From Leucoraja erinacea (taxonomy: Eukaryota): 64,000 bases of DNA. Position numbers and translations under genes: made by a program. This document shows positions 38,736 through 51,624 of the stretch, piece by piece. The stretch is taken from the NCBI RefSeq assembly GCF_028641065.1, contig NC_073387.1, forward strand, positions 15,934,001 through 15,998,000, written 5' to 3'. Under the pieces are notes generated by a model that saw nothing but the letters and a program-made list of their open reading frames with translations, made no database searches and was not told where the DNA came from. How positions within the stretch are numbered: position 1 is the first letter of the stretch; each line of letters starts with the position of its first letter.

Positions 38736-40259
38736 TCTCAAATTTGCTAATGTTACTTTCCCACTTTCCCCACATCTCCTGACTTCTGTAGAGATATAGT
38801 CAATCATCCTCTACCTTGAACAATGTCAATGTCTCAGCCTCTGCAGCTCCAAAAACTGTTTTGCCAGTCAGAGCAATATGGGATGACTTTGGTGTAATGA
38901 CAAAAAATGGTCTTCAATGAGAACTGTGCAATGGTCTTCTGATTTCTGCCAAAGCCATGGTCAAAAGATTCACCTGTTGCAGGTGGACAGGAGAGGAGGA
39001 GGTCAAGTAGGTCAATCCCTTGTGTTGGCTCATTCTCTACCTGCTGTAGAAAGAGCCTGGCAGACACATCCTTCAGGGTTTGGCCATCTCAGTTAGTGGT
39101 CGAGTGTCCAAGCCACTCCCAATGATGGATCCTGAGATCCACGCTCAGTGTACACTCAGTACTCGTTTTTTAATGTAATTCGAGATTTTGTTCAGCTGAC
39201 CAATAATTCTGGGCATTTATTAGGACAGTGAAAGCCTCCCATGGTGAAATCTGTCGGCTCGTTCCCATGAAGGGGCAAGTGAGGAAACATTATGTTCTTT
39301 CTCCTTTCACCAGGACTAGTCCTCTCTCCGGGAATGGTTCAGTTTATCCTAATGGGTGCAATGGAATTGCCAGCACGTTTAATGAACACAACCCTCTATG
39401 GAGGTTTTTTCATCATAAAATGGCAGGACCTTGCTGGACTGCTTGTACTCTCTCGTGGAACATCAGGCCCACCAGAATTCAGCAAAGCACCTGGAGCTCT
39501 CCCATTTGAGATCCATTCGAAATGTTCAAAAACGCAAAGGTGCAAATTTGATTCCAGATGAAATGTCCTTGAGCTCAGAACTTTCCCATTTTAAACGTCT
39601 TTCTCTTTATTAGTTGTATAATTCTATATCTTAACCCATTTGTATCAACACCAGTGGTGCTGGAACCCTGAGCTGGAGGGGGAGTGTCATTTGGTTTGAC
39701 AAGAGGCAGCGTCAGTTACTGTGCAGAGTGAGGGAACCTCAGTTTGTCCTGTGCTTGCTCAAAGCCACGTTGCTGCTTCTCCAGAATTCCAAACAAATTC
39801 CTCTGCAGAAGGTCGGTAAACTTCAGACATTATTCTTCATTAGTAATAATGGATTAAATGAACGGGATTAAATGAATGAAATGTAGTTTGCAAAACTGAT
39901 GTACTTCTTCAAATTTTATTTTTAAATGTGTTCTCCTATTGCAATGATGGTGTCTTGACTAAAAAGGGAACACATTTTATTATTTTTGCTACATCCTACT
40001 GATCAAAATCTAAAATGGCGGTGTTTCTCTTGACTATTCGCATGCATTTTATTCTTTCCCACATTTCAAATTTCCTGTTTTCTACCTGCTGTAAGAAACT
40101 ATTTCAATATCTAACCTTGTTTGGTGTTTCTGTTTTCCAAAACAATGTTTTGATCTTTAAAAAAAAGTAATTGTTGGATTAATAATTTTCATCTACAGAC
40201 GCTGCCTGAGCCGCTAGTTCCTCCAGGAGTTTTTTTTTTTGCTTCTGGGACAAAAAGTG

Positions 40260-41530
40260 GATGTGTTGAATTTTCAGAAAGTCTTTGATAAAGTTGTGCA
40301 TAAAAGATCAACAAGGAATATTAAAATATGTGAATTTGGCAATGTTCCACTGGGATGGATTGAAAATTCTTTGGCAGGCTGGGTACCGAGACTTCTTTTG
40401 GGCGGCACATGGTGACTAATGAGCCGTCATTGAAACCTTTGTATGAACTTGTTATTTTCAAAGTACATTAATGATTTTGGCAAGGAAGTAAATTTAAAAT
40501 TTCAAAGTTTGATTACATGAAACTGAGAGTAATTAGGAGAAGCAAAGGATGCAAAGAGATTTCTAGGTGATCTCAATCATTTGAGCTTGTGTCTAAATAT
40601 ACACACAGATGCGGCATAGAGTCATAGAGCTGTACAGCATGGAAATAGGCCCATCGGCCCAATGCATACATGCTGACCAAGTTATCTATCTGAGCCAGTT
40701 CCAACAGCCTGCACCTAACCCATGCCCCTCCATTCATTTCCGATCCATAATATTGTGGATAAACATGATGTTTTGTTGAAAAAGCTGAAAGACAGAACTA
40801 TATGAATTGTGATCGATTCAGAAATATTGATAAAGGTATCTGAAGATATCTGCGTCTTTGTGCACTAGTCACTGAAAGCAGACATGTGATGCAGCACGCA
40901 GTATGTGGGCAAGTGATTTTTGTTTGTCTTCTCTTCTGGAGGTTTTGAGCACAGTAACAATATGTCTTGTTGCCATATTACAGGATATTCCTGAGACCAC
41001 CCCTTTGGTGTACTGCTTTGTTTTCCTTACCCGATAAAGGGTTTTCCTGCCACAGAAGGAATTCAGCCAAAGCTGACCAGACTGATTCTTGGAATGTCAA
41101 GGCTAACGTGTGAGGAGAAGAGGAGCCACTGGGCCAGTAGTCACTGGCATTTCGTAGACATAAATGGGACCTCACTAAATCCAACAACATTCAGGCAGAG
41201 CTAGACAAACTCCATATGTAAGGATTTTTTTCAGCGACAGGAGGATCTAGAACAAGGGGTTCTAGAACAAGGACTTCAGACCTGAAGGGCTGAGATGTGG
41301 AAACATTTCATCATTCTGAATATAGTAAGCCTTTAAAATTCACCCCACGGAAAAAATGGTTGATGACAAGTAACTGAATCCAGGGAAATCTAGGGGATAG
41401 ATTTTTTATTTTGGCACAAATGGCATCAATGATTATAGGCACAGAATTGTAATATGTGATTGACAGAGAAGATTGTGTTGAATGACAGAACAGGCTTTAA
41501 GTGCCAAATAATCCACTCCTGCATGTTTCA
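40260..41530 (+). mobile_element. Highly decayed CR1 ORF2 remnant
   Basis: Residual ttttcagaaagtctttgataa (FQK.FDK), cactagtcactgaaag and CR1-like 3' UTR. Confidence 0.6.
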
Positions 41531-41532
41531 AT

Positions 41533-43355
41533 AAGTACGTAAGTAAGTTTATTGGCCAAGTATTGACATACAAGGAATTTGCCTTGGTACTCCACCCACA
41601 AGTAACAACATGACATACAGTGACAGTTACAAATGACTCAGAAAACAGTAAACATTAATAATAATTAAACATTAATGATAAAACACCATTGATCAAGCAT
41701 ATGGACCAACAAAATACCAGATCAAAGGCAGGCTAAAGATTTATGGCAGTTGAGTAGAGCAACTACTCGTGGATAAAAACTGTTTTTATATCAGGCTGTG
41801 GCAGCATTGCCAGTCCGGAGTAGCCTTCCAGAGGGAAGTGATTCAAAGAGTTTGTGGCCAGGTTGAGAGGGGTCAGAGATGATCTTGCCCGCTAACTTCC
41901 TGGCTCTTGCAGTGTACAGTTCAATAATCCACTAGGGGTGCCGCATTGAAGGCAGCCTCTGCCTACAGTCCGTTTGTTTTTCAATCTTTTAAAAAAATGT
42001 TATTCAGTTTACAGTTTGTTTTGGGGAATCTTTAAATTTTCTATGCGGGGGAGGAGGGAAGGGTAAGGGGGGAACTGTCCCCCAGTCGCTTCCTGGCAAG
42101 GATCCGACAATTTCTCCGAGTCACGTCCTCGTCCCCCCCCCCCCCCCCCCCCCCATCCCCCCTCCTCGTGGCCTACACCTACCTTTCCTGCTGGGGACCG
42201 GGAACCGGACCAGAGCTTCAACAGCGGTGGCGCAGCGCTGGATTCACTGCGGAGCAGGCGATGCCTACGTGGAACGCAGTTTGAAGCTCTGGAGCGTTGG
42301 GCCGCTGCTCCAACATCGCTGAGTTGTGGTTTGGGAGAGCTTCCAGCGCGGGCGGTGCTGAACAACATCGCAGAGTCCCTGTAGTCCTTTGCAGAGGGCC
42401 ACCTGTGTTGCATCTCCGCCCAGCACGGCCTGAGGACTTTGGGAGCCGCGAACTCCGGTAGAAGGTGCCCGACTCGGATGTCCAGGCCGCTGAGGAGTTC
42501 CTCCAGTCCTGATGTCGGAATGCCAACATCCCGGTGAGCGAGCCTGAATGTCGGGCCGCCCGGAGCGGCGACAGCGGAGGCCCTGACCACGGGTGAACAT
42601 CAGGAACACTAGAGGAAGATGACTGACTTTGGTCCCTTCCCTCACAGTGGGAAACTTTTGATTCTGCTGGGTGGGGATGTTTTATGTTGAACTCTATTGT
42701 GTGTTGTGTTCTTTATTTTTATTGTATGACTGTATGGCGATCACATTTCACTGTGCCAACTGGCACATGTGACAAATAAATGTGTCTTGTATCTTGTATC
42801 TCGGAGGGAAGGTTGCAGCTAATAACCTTCTCAGCTGATCGGATGATTCGCTGCAGCCTCCAGGTGTCGTGCTTGGTGACTGAGCCAAACCAGACCATGA
42901 TGGAGAAGGTGAGAACAGGCTCTACGATGGCCGTGTAGAATTGGACCATCATTGTCTGTGGCAGATTGTGCTTCCTCAGCTGCCGTAGGAAGTACATCCT
43001 CTGTTGTGTCTTTTTGACTTTGGAGTCGATGGTAGTCCCCCACTTAAGGTCCTTGGAGGTGATGGTTCCCAGGACCTTAAAAGATTCCATAGATGCGACT
43101 GTGGTGTTGTTGATGGTGAGTGGGGTGAGGGGAGGGGAAGCTCTCCTAAAGTCTACAATCAATTCCACTGAACAATTCAAGAGCATTGAGCTCTAGGTTG
43201 TTGCGATGGCACCAGGACGTCAGTTGTGAATTTTCCTGTCAGTAGGCAGATTCCTCCCCATCCTGGATCAGTCCAATCAGGGTTGTGTCTGCCGCAAACA
43301 TGAGAAATTTGACAGAGGTGCCAATGGAGGTCCGAGAGGTGCAATCATTGGTGTA
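41533..43355 (-). mobile_element. Rex1/Babar-like LINE 3' fragment with a plus-strand GC-rich insertion at ~41925-42800
   Basis: VELIVDFRR, FKVLG, QQRMYFLRQLRK, VWFG; homologous to 16001-16850; the insert ends aataaa...(tcttgta)n. Confidence 0.8.
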
Positions 43356-46300
43356 ACATAGAAACATAGAAACATAGAAATTAGTTGCAGGTGTAGGCCA
43401 TTCGGCCCTTCGAGCCTACACCGCCATTCAATATGATCATGGCTGATCATCCAACTCAGTATCCCGTACCTGCCTTCTCTCCATACCCCCTGATCCCCTT
43501 AGCCACAAGGGCCACATCTAACTCCCTCTTAAATATAGCCAATGAACTGGCCTCAACTACCCTCTGCGGCAGAGAGTTCCAGAGAGTCACCACTCTCTGT
43601 GTGAAAAAAGTTCTTCTCATCTCGGTTTTAAAGTATTTCCCCCTGATCCTTAAGCTGTGACCCCTTGTCCTGGACTTCCCTAACATCGGGAACAATCTTC
43701 CTGCATCTAGCCTGTCCAACCCCTTAAGAATTTTGTAAGTTTCTATAAGATCCCCTCTCAATCTCCTAAATTCTAGAGAGTATAAACCAAGTCTATCCAG
43801 TCTTTCTTCATAAGACAGTCCTGACATCCCAGGAATCAGTCTGGTGAACCGTCTCTGCACTCCCTCTATGGTAATAATGTCCTTCCTCAGATTTGGAGAC
43901 CAAAACTGTACGCAATACTCCAGGTGTGGTCTCACCAAGACCCTGTGCAACTGCAGTAGAACTTCCCTGCTCCTATACTCAAATCCTTTTGCAATGAAAG
44001 CTAACATACCATTCGCTTTCTTTACTGCCTGCTGCACCTGCATGCCTACCTTCAATGACTGGTGTACCATGACACCCAGGTCTCGCTGCATCTCCCCCTT
44101 TCCCAATCGGCCACGATTTAGATAATAGTCTTCTTTCCCGTTTTTGCCACCAAAATGGATAACCTCACATTTATCCACATTATACTGCATCTGCCAAACA
44201 TTTGCCCACTCACCAAGCCTATCCAGGTCCCCTTAGAGTCTCCTAGCACCCTCCTCACAGCTAACACTGCCCCCCAGCTTAGTGTCATCCGCAAACTTGG
44301 AGATATTCCCTTCAATTCCCTCATCCAATATATATTGTAAATAGCTGGGGTCGCAGCACTGAGCCTTGCGGTACCCCACTAGTCACTGCCTGCCATTGTG
44401 AAAAGGACCCGTTTACTCCTACTCTTTGCTTCCTGTTTGCAAGCCAGTTCTCTATCCACATCAATACTGAACCCCCAATGCCGTGTACTAATCTCTTATG
44501 TGGGACCTTGTCGAAAGCCTTCTGGAAGTCCAGATACACCACATCCACTGGTTCTCCCCTATCCACGCTACTAGTTACATCCTCAAAAAATTCTATAAGA
44601 TTCGTCAGACATGATTTACCTTTCGTAAATCCATGCTGACTTTGTCCAATGATTTCACCACTTTCCAAATGTGCTGCTATCCCATCTTTAATAACTGACT
44701 CTAGCAGTTTTCCCACTACTGATGTTAGACTAACTGGTCTGTAATTCCCCGTTTTCTCTCTCCCTCCCTTCTTAAAAAGTGGGGTTACGTTTGCTACCCG
44801 CCAATCCTCAAGAACTACTCCAGAATCTTTATGTCTTCCTTAGTGAAGACCGAACCAAAGTGGTTATTCAATTGGTCCGCCATATTCTTGTTCCCCATGA
44901 TCAACTCACCTGTTTCTGACTGCAAGTGACCTACATTTGTTTTAACTAATCTCTTTCTTTTCACATATCTATAAAAACTTTTGCAGTCAGTTTTTATGTT
45001 CCCTGCCAGTTTTCTTTCATAATCTATTTTTCCTTTCCTAATTAAGCCCTTTGTCCTCCTCTGCTGGTCTCTGAATTTCTCCCAGTCCTCCGGTATGCTG
45101 CTTTTCCTGGCTAATTTGTACGCATCATCCTTCGCTTTGATACTATGCCTGATTTCCCTTGTTATCCACGGATGTACTACCTTCCCTGATGTATTCTTTT
45201 GCCAAACTGGGATGAACAATTTTTGTAGTTCATCCATGCAGTCTTTAAATGTCTTCCATTGCATATCCACCGTCAACCCTTTTAGAATTAATTGCCAGTC
45301 AACCTTGGCCAATTCACGTCTCATACCCTCAAAGTTACCTTTCTTTAAGTTCAGAAACATTGTTTCTGAATTAACAATGTCACACTCCATCCTAATGAAG
45401 AACTCAACCATATTATGGTCACTATTGCCCAAGGGGGCATGTACAACAAGACTGCTAACCAACCCTACCATCTGAAGAAGGGTTTCGGCCCGAAACGTTG
45501 CCTATTTCCTTCGCTCCATAGATGCTGCTGCACCCGCTGAGTTTCTCCAGCTTTTTTGTGTAACCTTCGATTCTCCAGCATCTGCAGTTCCCTCTTAAAC
45601 ACTGCTAAGCAACCCTTCCTCATTACTCAATACCCAGTCTAAAATAGCCTGCTCTCTCGTTGGTTCCTCTACATGTTGATTTAGATAACTATCCCGCATA
45701 CATTCCAAGAAATCCTCTTCCTCAGCACCCCTGCCAATTTGATTCACCCAATCTATATGTAGATTGATGTCACCCATTATAACTGTTTTGCCTTTGTCGA
45801 TCGCATTTCTAATTTCCTGTTTGATACCATCTCCAACTTCACTACTACTGTTAGGTGGCCTGTACACAACACCCACCAGCGTTTTCTGCCCCTTAGTGTT
45901 TCGCAGCTCTACCCATACCGATTCCACATCCTCCAAACTAATGTCCTTCCTTTCCATTGCATTAATCTCCTCTCTAATCAGTAACGCTACCCCACCTCCT
46001 TTTCCTTTCTCTCTATCCCTCCTGAATATTGAATATCCCTGGATGTTCAGCTCCCAGCCTTGGTCACCCTGGAGCCATGTCTCCATGATCCCAACTATAT
46101 CATAGTCATTAATAGCTATCTGCACATTCAACTCATCCACCTTATTACGAATGCTCCTTGCATTGAGACACAAAACCTTCAGGCTTGTTTTTACAACACT
46201 CTTACCCCTTATACAATTATGTTGAAAAGTGGCCCTTTTTGATTTTTGCCCTGGTTTTGTCTGCCTGCCACGTTTACTTTTCACCTTGCTACCTATTGCT

Positions 46301-46393
46301 TCTACCCTCATTTTACACCCCTCGGTCTCTACGCTCACACATTTAAGAAACCCTTTCCCATTAACTCCATCCTCCACTATCCCATTCGAAACC
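43356..46393 (-). mobile_element. CR1 (subfamily B) ORF2 with internal deletions
   Basis: ORFs 45595-46617, 44815-45471, 44321-44716 and 43456-44190 are nearly identical to 8000-11020; (catagaaa)3 tail. Confidence 0.93.
45467..45600 (+). mobile_element. 134-bp Penelope-type insertion with a hammerhead ribozyme core
   Basis: CTGAAGA-a-gggt-ttcg-gccc-GAAAC-GTT at 45472-45499; 16-bp TSD actgctaa(c/g)caaccct at 45451-45466 and 45601-45616. Confidence 0.8.
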
Positions 46394-46399
46394 TTATCT

Positions 46400-47298
46400 C
46401 GAGGAAACTTATCAAAGGCTTTCTGAAAGTCTAGATACACTACATCCACTGGCACCCCTTCATTCATTTTACTTGTCACATCCTCAAAATATTCCAGAAG
46501 ATTAGTCAAGCATGATTTCCCTTTCATAAAACCATGTTGACTTGGACTAATCCTTTTACTGCTATCCAAATGCCCCATTGTCACATCTTTAATAATTGAC
46601 TCTATCATCTTTCCCATTACCGGTCAGGCTAACTGGTCTGTAATTCCCCATTTTATCTCTCCTTTCTTGAAAAGTGGGATAACTTTGGATAGCTATCCTC
46701 CAATCCACAGGAACTGATCCTGAATCTATTGAACATTGGAAAATGATCACCAATGTGTCCACTATTGCTGGAGCCACCTTCCTGAGAACCCTAAGATGCA
46801 GACCATCAGGCCCAGGGGATTTATCATCTCTCAGTCCCATTAGCCTACCCAAAACTATTTCTCACCTAAATAAAATTTATTTCAGTTCCTCTACCCCCTT
46901 AGATCCTCAATCCTCCAGTACATCTGGGAGATTGTTTGTGACTTCCTTAGTGAAGACAGATCCGAAGTACCTGTTCAACTCTTCTGCCATTTCCTTGTTA
47001 CCCATAATAATTTCACCCATGTCTGCATTCAAGGGGCCCACATTTGACTTTGCTACTCTTTTTCCCCTTAACAAATCTAAAGAAGCTTTTTAATGTCCTT
47101 CTTTATACTCCTGGCCAGCTTCCCATCGTACTTCATCTTTTCAGCTCGTATTGCCTGTTTAGTTTCCTTCTGTTGTCCTATGAAAGTTTCCCAATCCTCT
47201 GGCTTCCGGCTACTCTTTGCTGTGTTATACATCTTTTCTTTTAGTTTTATTCTAACCCTAACTTCTCTTGTCAGCCACGGTTGCCTCCTACTCCTCTT
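46400..47298 (-). mobile_element. CR1 (subfamily A) internal ORF2 fragment
   Basis: Homologous to ~620-1500 (SSKRISPSQHGF, KSSRKPEDWETF). Confidence 0.88.
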
Positions 47299-48393
47299 AG
47301 TTGAAAAAAAAAACAGGAAGTAAAACAGCCCAGAGCTCAAAATAGACGCATTATTGTGGTTGAACTGGACAAAACCTCCTAATGCAGCCTTAACCATTGC
47401 TCTTAATTTTGCTTCCGGTCCTGAATGTGATATGGGGAAAGGCAAAATCCCTCATTTTTCTTGGGATCAGTCAAATCTATATTATCTTCTGAAGGAGCTT
47501 GGAAAACACAATAATGACACCTTGTGCCCTTCTAACCTCACATTTAAGAAAAAAAAATAATAATAAACTTTAGGCAGAATAAAAACCATTTACAAAACTA
47601 TTTTTTAAGAAAACGGTCCTGACCCAAAACATCACCTAGCCATGTTCTCTATGGATGCTGCCTGACATGCTGAGTTACTCCATTATTTTGTGTTTTTCCT
47701 TGGTAAGCCAGAATCTGTAGTTCCTTGTTTTATACAAATCTAAAACAACATAAAAACATCTTCAGACACTTCCAGTGTCCTTACATTCAATAGTATCATA
47801 CTCAATAGCATTAGCATTTATCTTTACAATTAAACACCCTTACCACTCATGTGGTGATATTCTTTCCCTAGTATGAGGGATGTTCCCACCAGACTAATCC
47901 CTCAATGTCCAGCAGGAGAAGGTCCCTAGACTGTGGTCCTTCCCCACAGAGTTTTTATGTTGGTTGCAACAAGCTTCTGTTCATCCCTCAGCACATTTTC
48001 CTGCAGTCTGTAGTGGGTCAGGTGGCAACATTCCATGATGGACCTCATTTTGACATATCAATGCTTCATTCCTCAGCACAGTAACAGTGTGTGGGAGATG
48101 GGGCAACGTTCCTGTCCTTATAATCCAGCCTTTGACCCACAGTGAGCAGCATCAGAACAGTAGAATTGCCATTGAAGTATTATCTTTAGAAACAAAAAAG
48201 ACACTTCCTCACTCTTACGTTCAATGGGCTTAGCATTGAAGGCAAGCATAACATAAGCCTTCTTCAGTACCCTAACTACTTGTGTTGCCACCTTCTGTGA
48301 GCTATGAACGTGGACTCCAAATGTACTGAAGATATGTGGCTCAAACAGGCTCAGTCTAAAACTTGATGTTATTTCCCACAGGGAATCCACAAG

Positions 48394-48481
48394 ATGAAGC
48401 CCAGGTTTATCTGCAGCAGTTTGCCAGGTGGTTTGATGTTCGGTTTCTTTGTTTTCCTGCTTCGACCTGTTTCCAACCAGA
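48394..48481 (+). CDS. Gene B first coding exon: signal peptide
   Basis: Upstream acceptor atttcccacag (48381), aagATGa start context, MKPRFICSSLPGGLMFGFFVFLLRPVSNQ, phase-1 donor a|gtaagt. Confidence 0.75.
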
Positions 48482-48854
48482 GTAAGTGCTTTCTCTTCAC
48501 CGGTCACAATCACGTTGCTTTACTTTATCATTGTCCGTGTAAATCCGCACCCCATTGTCAATCTCACTTTTTCAATTCAATTCAACTTTAATGTCATCGC
48601 ACAAATACAAGTATGACTACAACGAAATGCAGTTTTGCGCCAGTCCGTAGTAGTTGTGCATAAAGAAATAAAAAAAATAGAAAGAGAGAAGATACAGAAT
48701 AATCAAAAAATACAGAATAATTAAACAATGGGGACGGAGGGACCGGAGAAATCTATCGGCGGGACTCCGAGTTCAGTAATGTGATTGTATTGTTGTAGAA
48801 GCTGTTCCTCATCCTACTAGTACGTGACCTGAGGCTCCTGTACCGCCTCCCAGA

Positions 48855-49255
48855 AGGATGAGGGGGTTCTTATAGAAACATATAAAATTATAAAAGGACT
48901 GGACAGCTAGATGCAAGAAAAATGTTCCCAATTTAGGGCTACAGAACCAGGAGCCACAGTCTTAGAATAAAGGGGAGGTCATTTACGACTGAGGTGAGAA
49001 AAAACTTTTTCATCCAGAGAATTGTGAATTTGTGGAATTCCCTGTCACAGAGGGCAGTGGAGGCCAAATCACTGGATGGATTTAAGAGAGAGTTAGATAG
49101 AGCTCCAGAGGCTAGTGGAATCAAGGGATATGGGGAGAAGGCAGGCACGGATTATTGATTGGGGATGATCAGCCATGATGACAATGAATGGCGGTGCTGG
49201 TACGAAGGGGTGAATGGCCTCCTCCTGCACCTATGTTTCTATGTATCTATATTTC
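48855..49255 (+). mobile_element. CR1 (subfamily A) 3' fragment in a gene B intron
   Basis: Matches 11678-12040 and shows the uninterrupted DIRS target site. Confidence 0.85.
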
Positions 49256-49513
49256 TAAAAGCACACCAGCTCAAAGATGCAGAGATTGTAGTGTAGTCTG
49301 AAGTAATGCAAAATAAAACTAATGTTTATGAAAATGCCCCAGGGGATGATTGGTTTAACGTATGATGAGTGTTTGTGGCTCTGGGCTTGGACTAGCTGGA
49401 GTTTAGAAGAATGAGGGGCGGGTCTAGTTTGTCAGCTGAGGTGAGATTGAGCCCAGTCATTGGACTGTCCACACCACTACTCACTCTGAATCTCATTGAT
49501 CTGTTTTTCACAG

Positions 49514-49783
49514 TTGAGGCAAGTCCACAGCGCCCTCTGCTGGGCAGTGACGTCACACTCAGCTGCACCATCTCCAGACTCTCAGATACAGTCAGTCTTC
49601 ACTGGAGACCAATGGTTTCATCCCAGAAGAACACGAGCAACACTGATCAGACCCGCCTGAATAACACGGTCTATCTGATGATCCGACATGTTACAGTGGA
49701 GGATGGGAAGTTGTATGTGTGTGATGTGCAGGAAAACGGAAACATTGTTCTCACCAGTAATGGAGATTTTACTGTAAACAACA
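49514..49783 (+). CDS. Gene B Ig domain 1 (C2/I-like)
   Basis: Acceptor tgtttttcacag, donor a|gtgagt, phase 1/1; EASPQRPLLGSDVTLSC...SLHW...YLMIRHVTVEDGKLYVC. Confidence 0.9.
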
Positions 49784-50760
49784 GTGAGTGTAAACACCTC
49801 CCATTACATATCAAGTAGACACTTGTATCACGGTGCTTCTTGGAATGTTATGCGTGCGCCCTGTGAAGAACTGTAGACAAGCAACTGCTCTCCTGTATAA
49901 AATGCTGCAATGATCAGGGAGAATTTTCCAGAAAGTCTCTCTGTGGAGCAGCTGTCTGCTTGTCTCTGTGTGACAGACACACAACACAGGAGTGATGATG
50001 TATTTCTGTAACGTTCAGTAAAGTATTTTGTCAGTTTAACTTGCCATCAATGCTCCAGTATCTGAGACTGAGATACTGATACAGGACTCGCGTCAAAGTG
50101 TCAGATAGAAGGTGTAGTCACCATGACAACCACCAGCACTTGCTGCTCACACTCACACTGGGGGTCCCGGTGCACACATCAGCACTGAACAACAATCCGT
50201 ACTCCCTCCCCTCACTGACCCTTCTCTCCGAGTCCTGCTGCTGTTTGAAGTGATTCCAGCTGCTGCAGACTCGGGCTTCAGATCAGCATTGAGCTGGGAG
50301 CAGGACCCAGGAACAGGGAAGGGCAGGGAATCAATGGGTGTGAATGGGAGAGTGATGGTGGGAATAATGGTAATGAAGGGACGGGAAGACCCGACCCACT
50401 TGAACTGCCAACCTGTCCGGATCTGGCCCCGCGCAGGCATTCTCTGGGCTGCTGCTGTCACCAGCCTCGACCTGCACCACCTCCCGCAGACTGACAGAGA
50501 GATTCACCTCCCGGGCCGCTCTCGGGAGTCTCCGGGAGGGTTCATTCCATCATGGAAGATTCCTGGACCGTCTGTGAAATATCCAAGCTTTACTGCAATT
50601 TACTACTTTACAGGAAATTTTGTAAAGATCTGATGAGTTTTGATGTAAAATTAATTTACATTTGAAGCTTGATCAGCTGAACAAAACACTGCAAATATAT
50701 ATGAGAATTTAGTTGTAACTGTAATACTGAAATGAGTTATCCTCTGTCTCTCCGATACAG

Positions 50761-51129
50761 TTTTATTTAAAACGGAATACACAGTTTACCGCTCCAGTAC
50801 AGATCATAGTGAACTTCACCTGGTTTGCTATAACAGTCGTGGGGATTCCAATACTGCCATGACCTGGACATCACGTCGCCTTCAACAGCAACAACAGCAA
50901 GTATTAGCATCAGCAACACACTCTCAGCCCATCAATGTCAAAGGGGCCAACTTCGGGAATCGACTGGTGACGTCAGTGAAACATTTCGATGGCAAGGATT
51001 TCAGTTTGAGGATTGTCCCCGTTTTATTTCAAGATGCCGGATGTTACAAATGTTTTCTTGGAAAAGACACATCAGTGAACAACGCGGGAAGGTCTCCATT
51101 TCTCACCGTTGATCTAATCGCAGTGAAAG
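50761..51129 (+). CDS. Gene B Ig domain 2 (V-set)
   Basis: Acceptor ctctccgatacag, donor g|gtagga, phase 1/1; LHLVC...MTW...NRL...DFSLRI...DAGCYKC. Confidence 0.9.
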
Positions 51130-51207
51130 GTAGGAGACAGAATGCCGCCAGTGTTTTCACTGATGAACTCATTGTTTAAAATGTAAACAACCTGCTTGTT
51201 TCCACAG

Positions 51208-51468
51208 TCACAGCTGAACCGTCCGATGCAGTGACTGAGGGAGACAACGTTACCCTGACCTGCTCTGTGTCTCACGTCACTGAGTCAATGAGACTGATTT
51301 GGATCAATGGCGATGACAAAAGTGTTGGAGAAAAGACACTGACCGTGGAAGAGAAATCACTGAGTCTGGTTATTCAGAAAGTTGAGAGGGGCAGAGGGAA
51401 TTGGAGATGTGGTTTGTTTCATCAAGACCTGCTCCGGCATTTTGTCCCGTACTATCAGGAGCCCAGTG
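51208..51468 (+). CDS. Gene B Ig domain 3 (C2 with WxC F-strand motif)
   Basis: Acceptor ttgtttccacag (in-frame alternative 6 nt downstream), donor g|gtaagc; VTEGDNVTLTCSVS...LIWING...SLSLVI...GNWRCGLF. Confidence 0.9.
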
Positions 51469-51624
51469 GTAAGCGACTCAGGGTTTGCTCTTCATACTTA
51501 GAATTATGGTCACATTTTGACGTGACTTATTATTGTCCTATTTGCCAGCACTCACTCCTCCTTTATAGCCTGTGTGGGACACTGCTGTGGTGCAGTGCCT
51601 GGGAATATGGACAGTGGGATAACT

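Noticed and set aside
39228-39613. Overlapping ORFs after a plausible acceptor as a missing N-terminal V exon of gene B
   Set aside because: No Ig Cys/Trp spacing, no donor before the stops, and it lies upstream of the signal-peptide exon
45595-46617. 340-aa ORF with RT motifs upstream of an APE domain (apparent novel domain order)
   Set aside because: Chance in-frame junction of two different CR1 copies at ~46395
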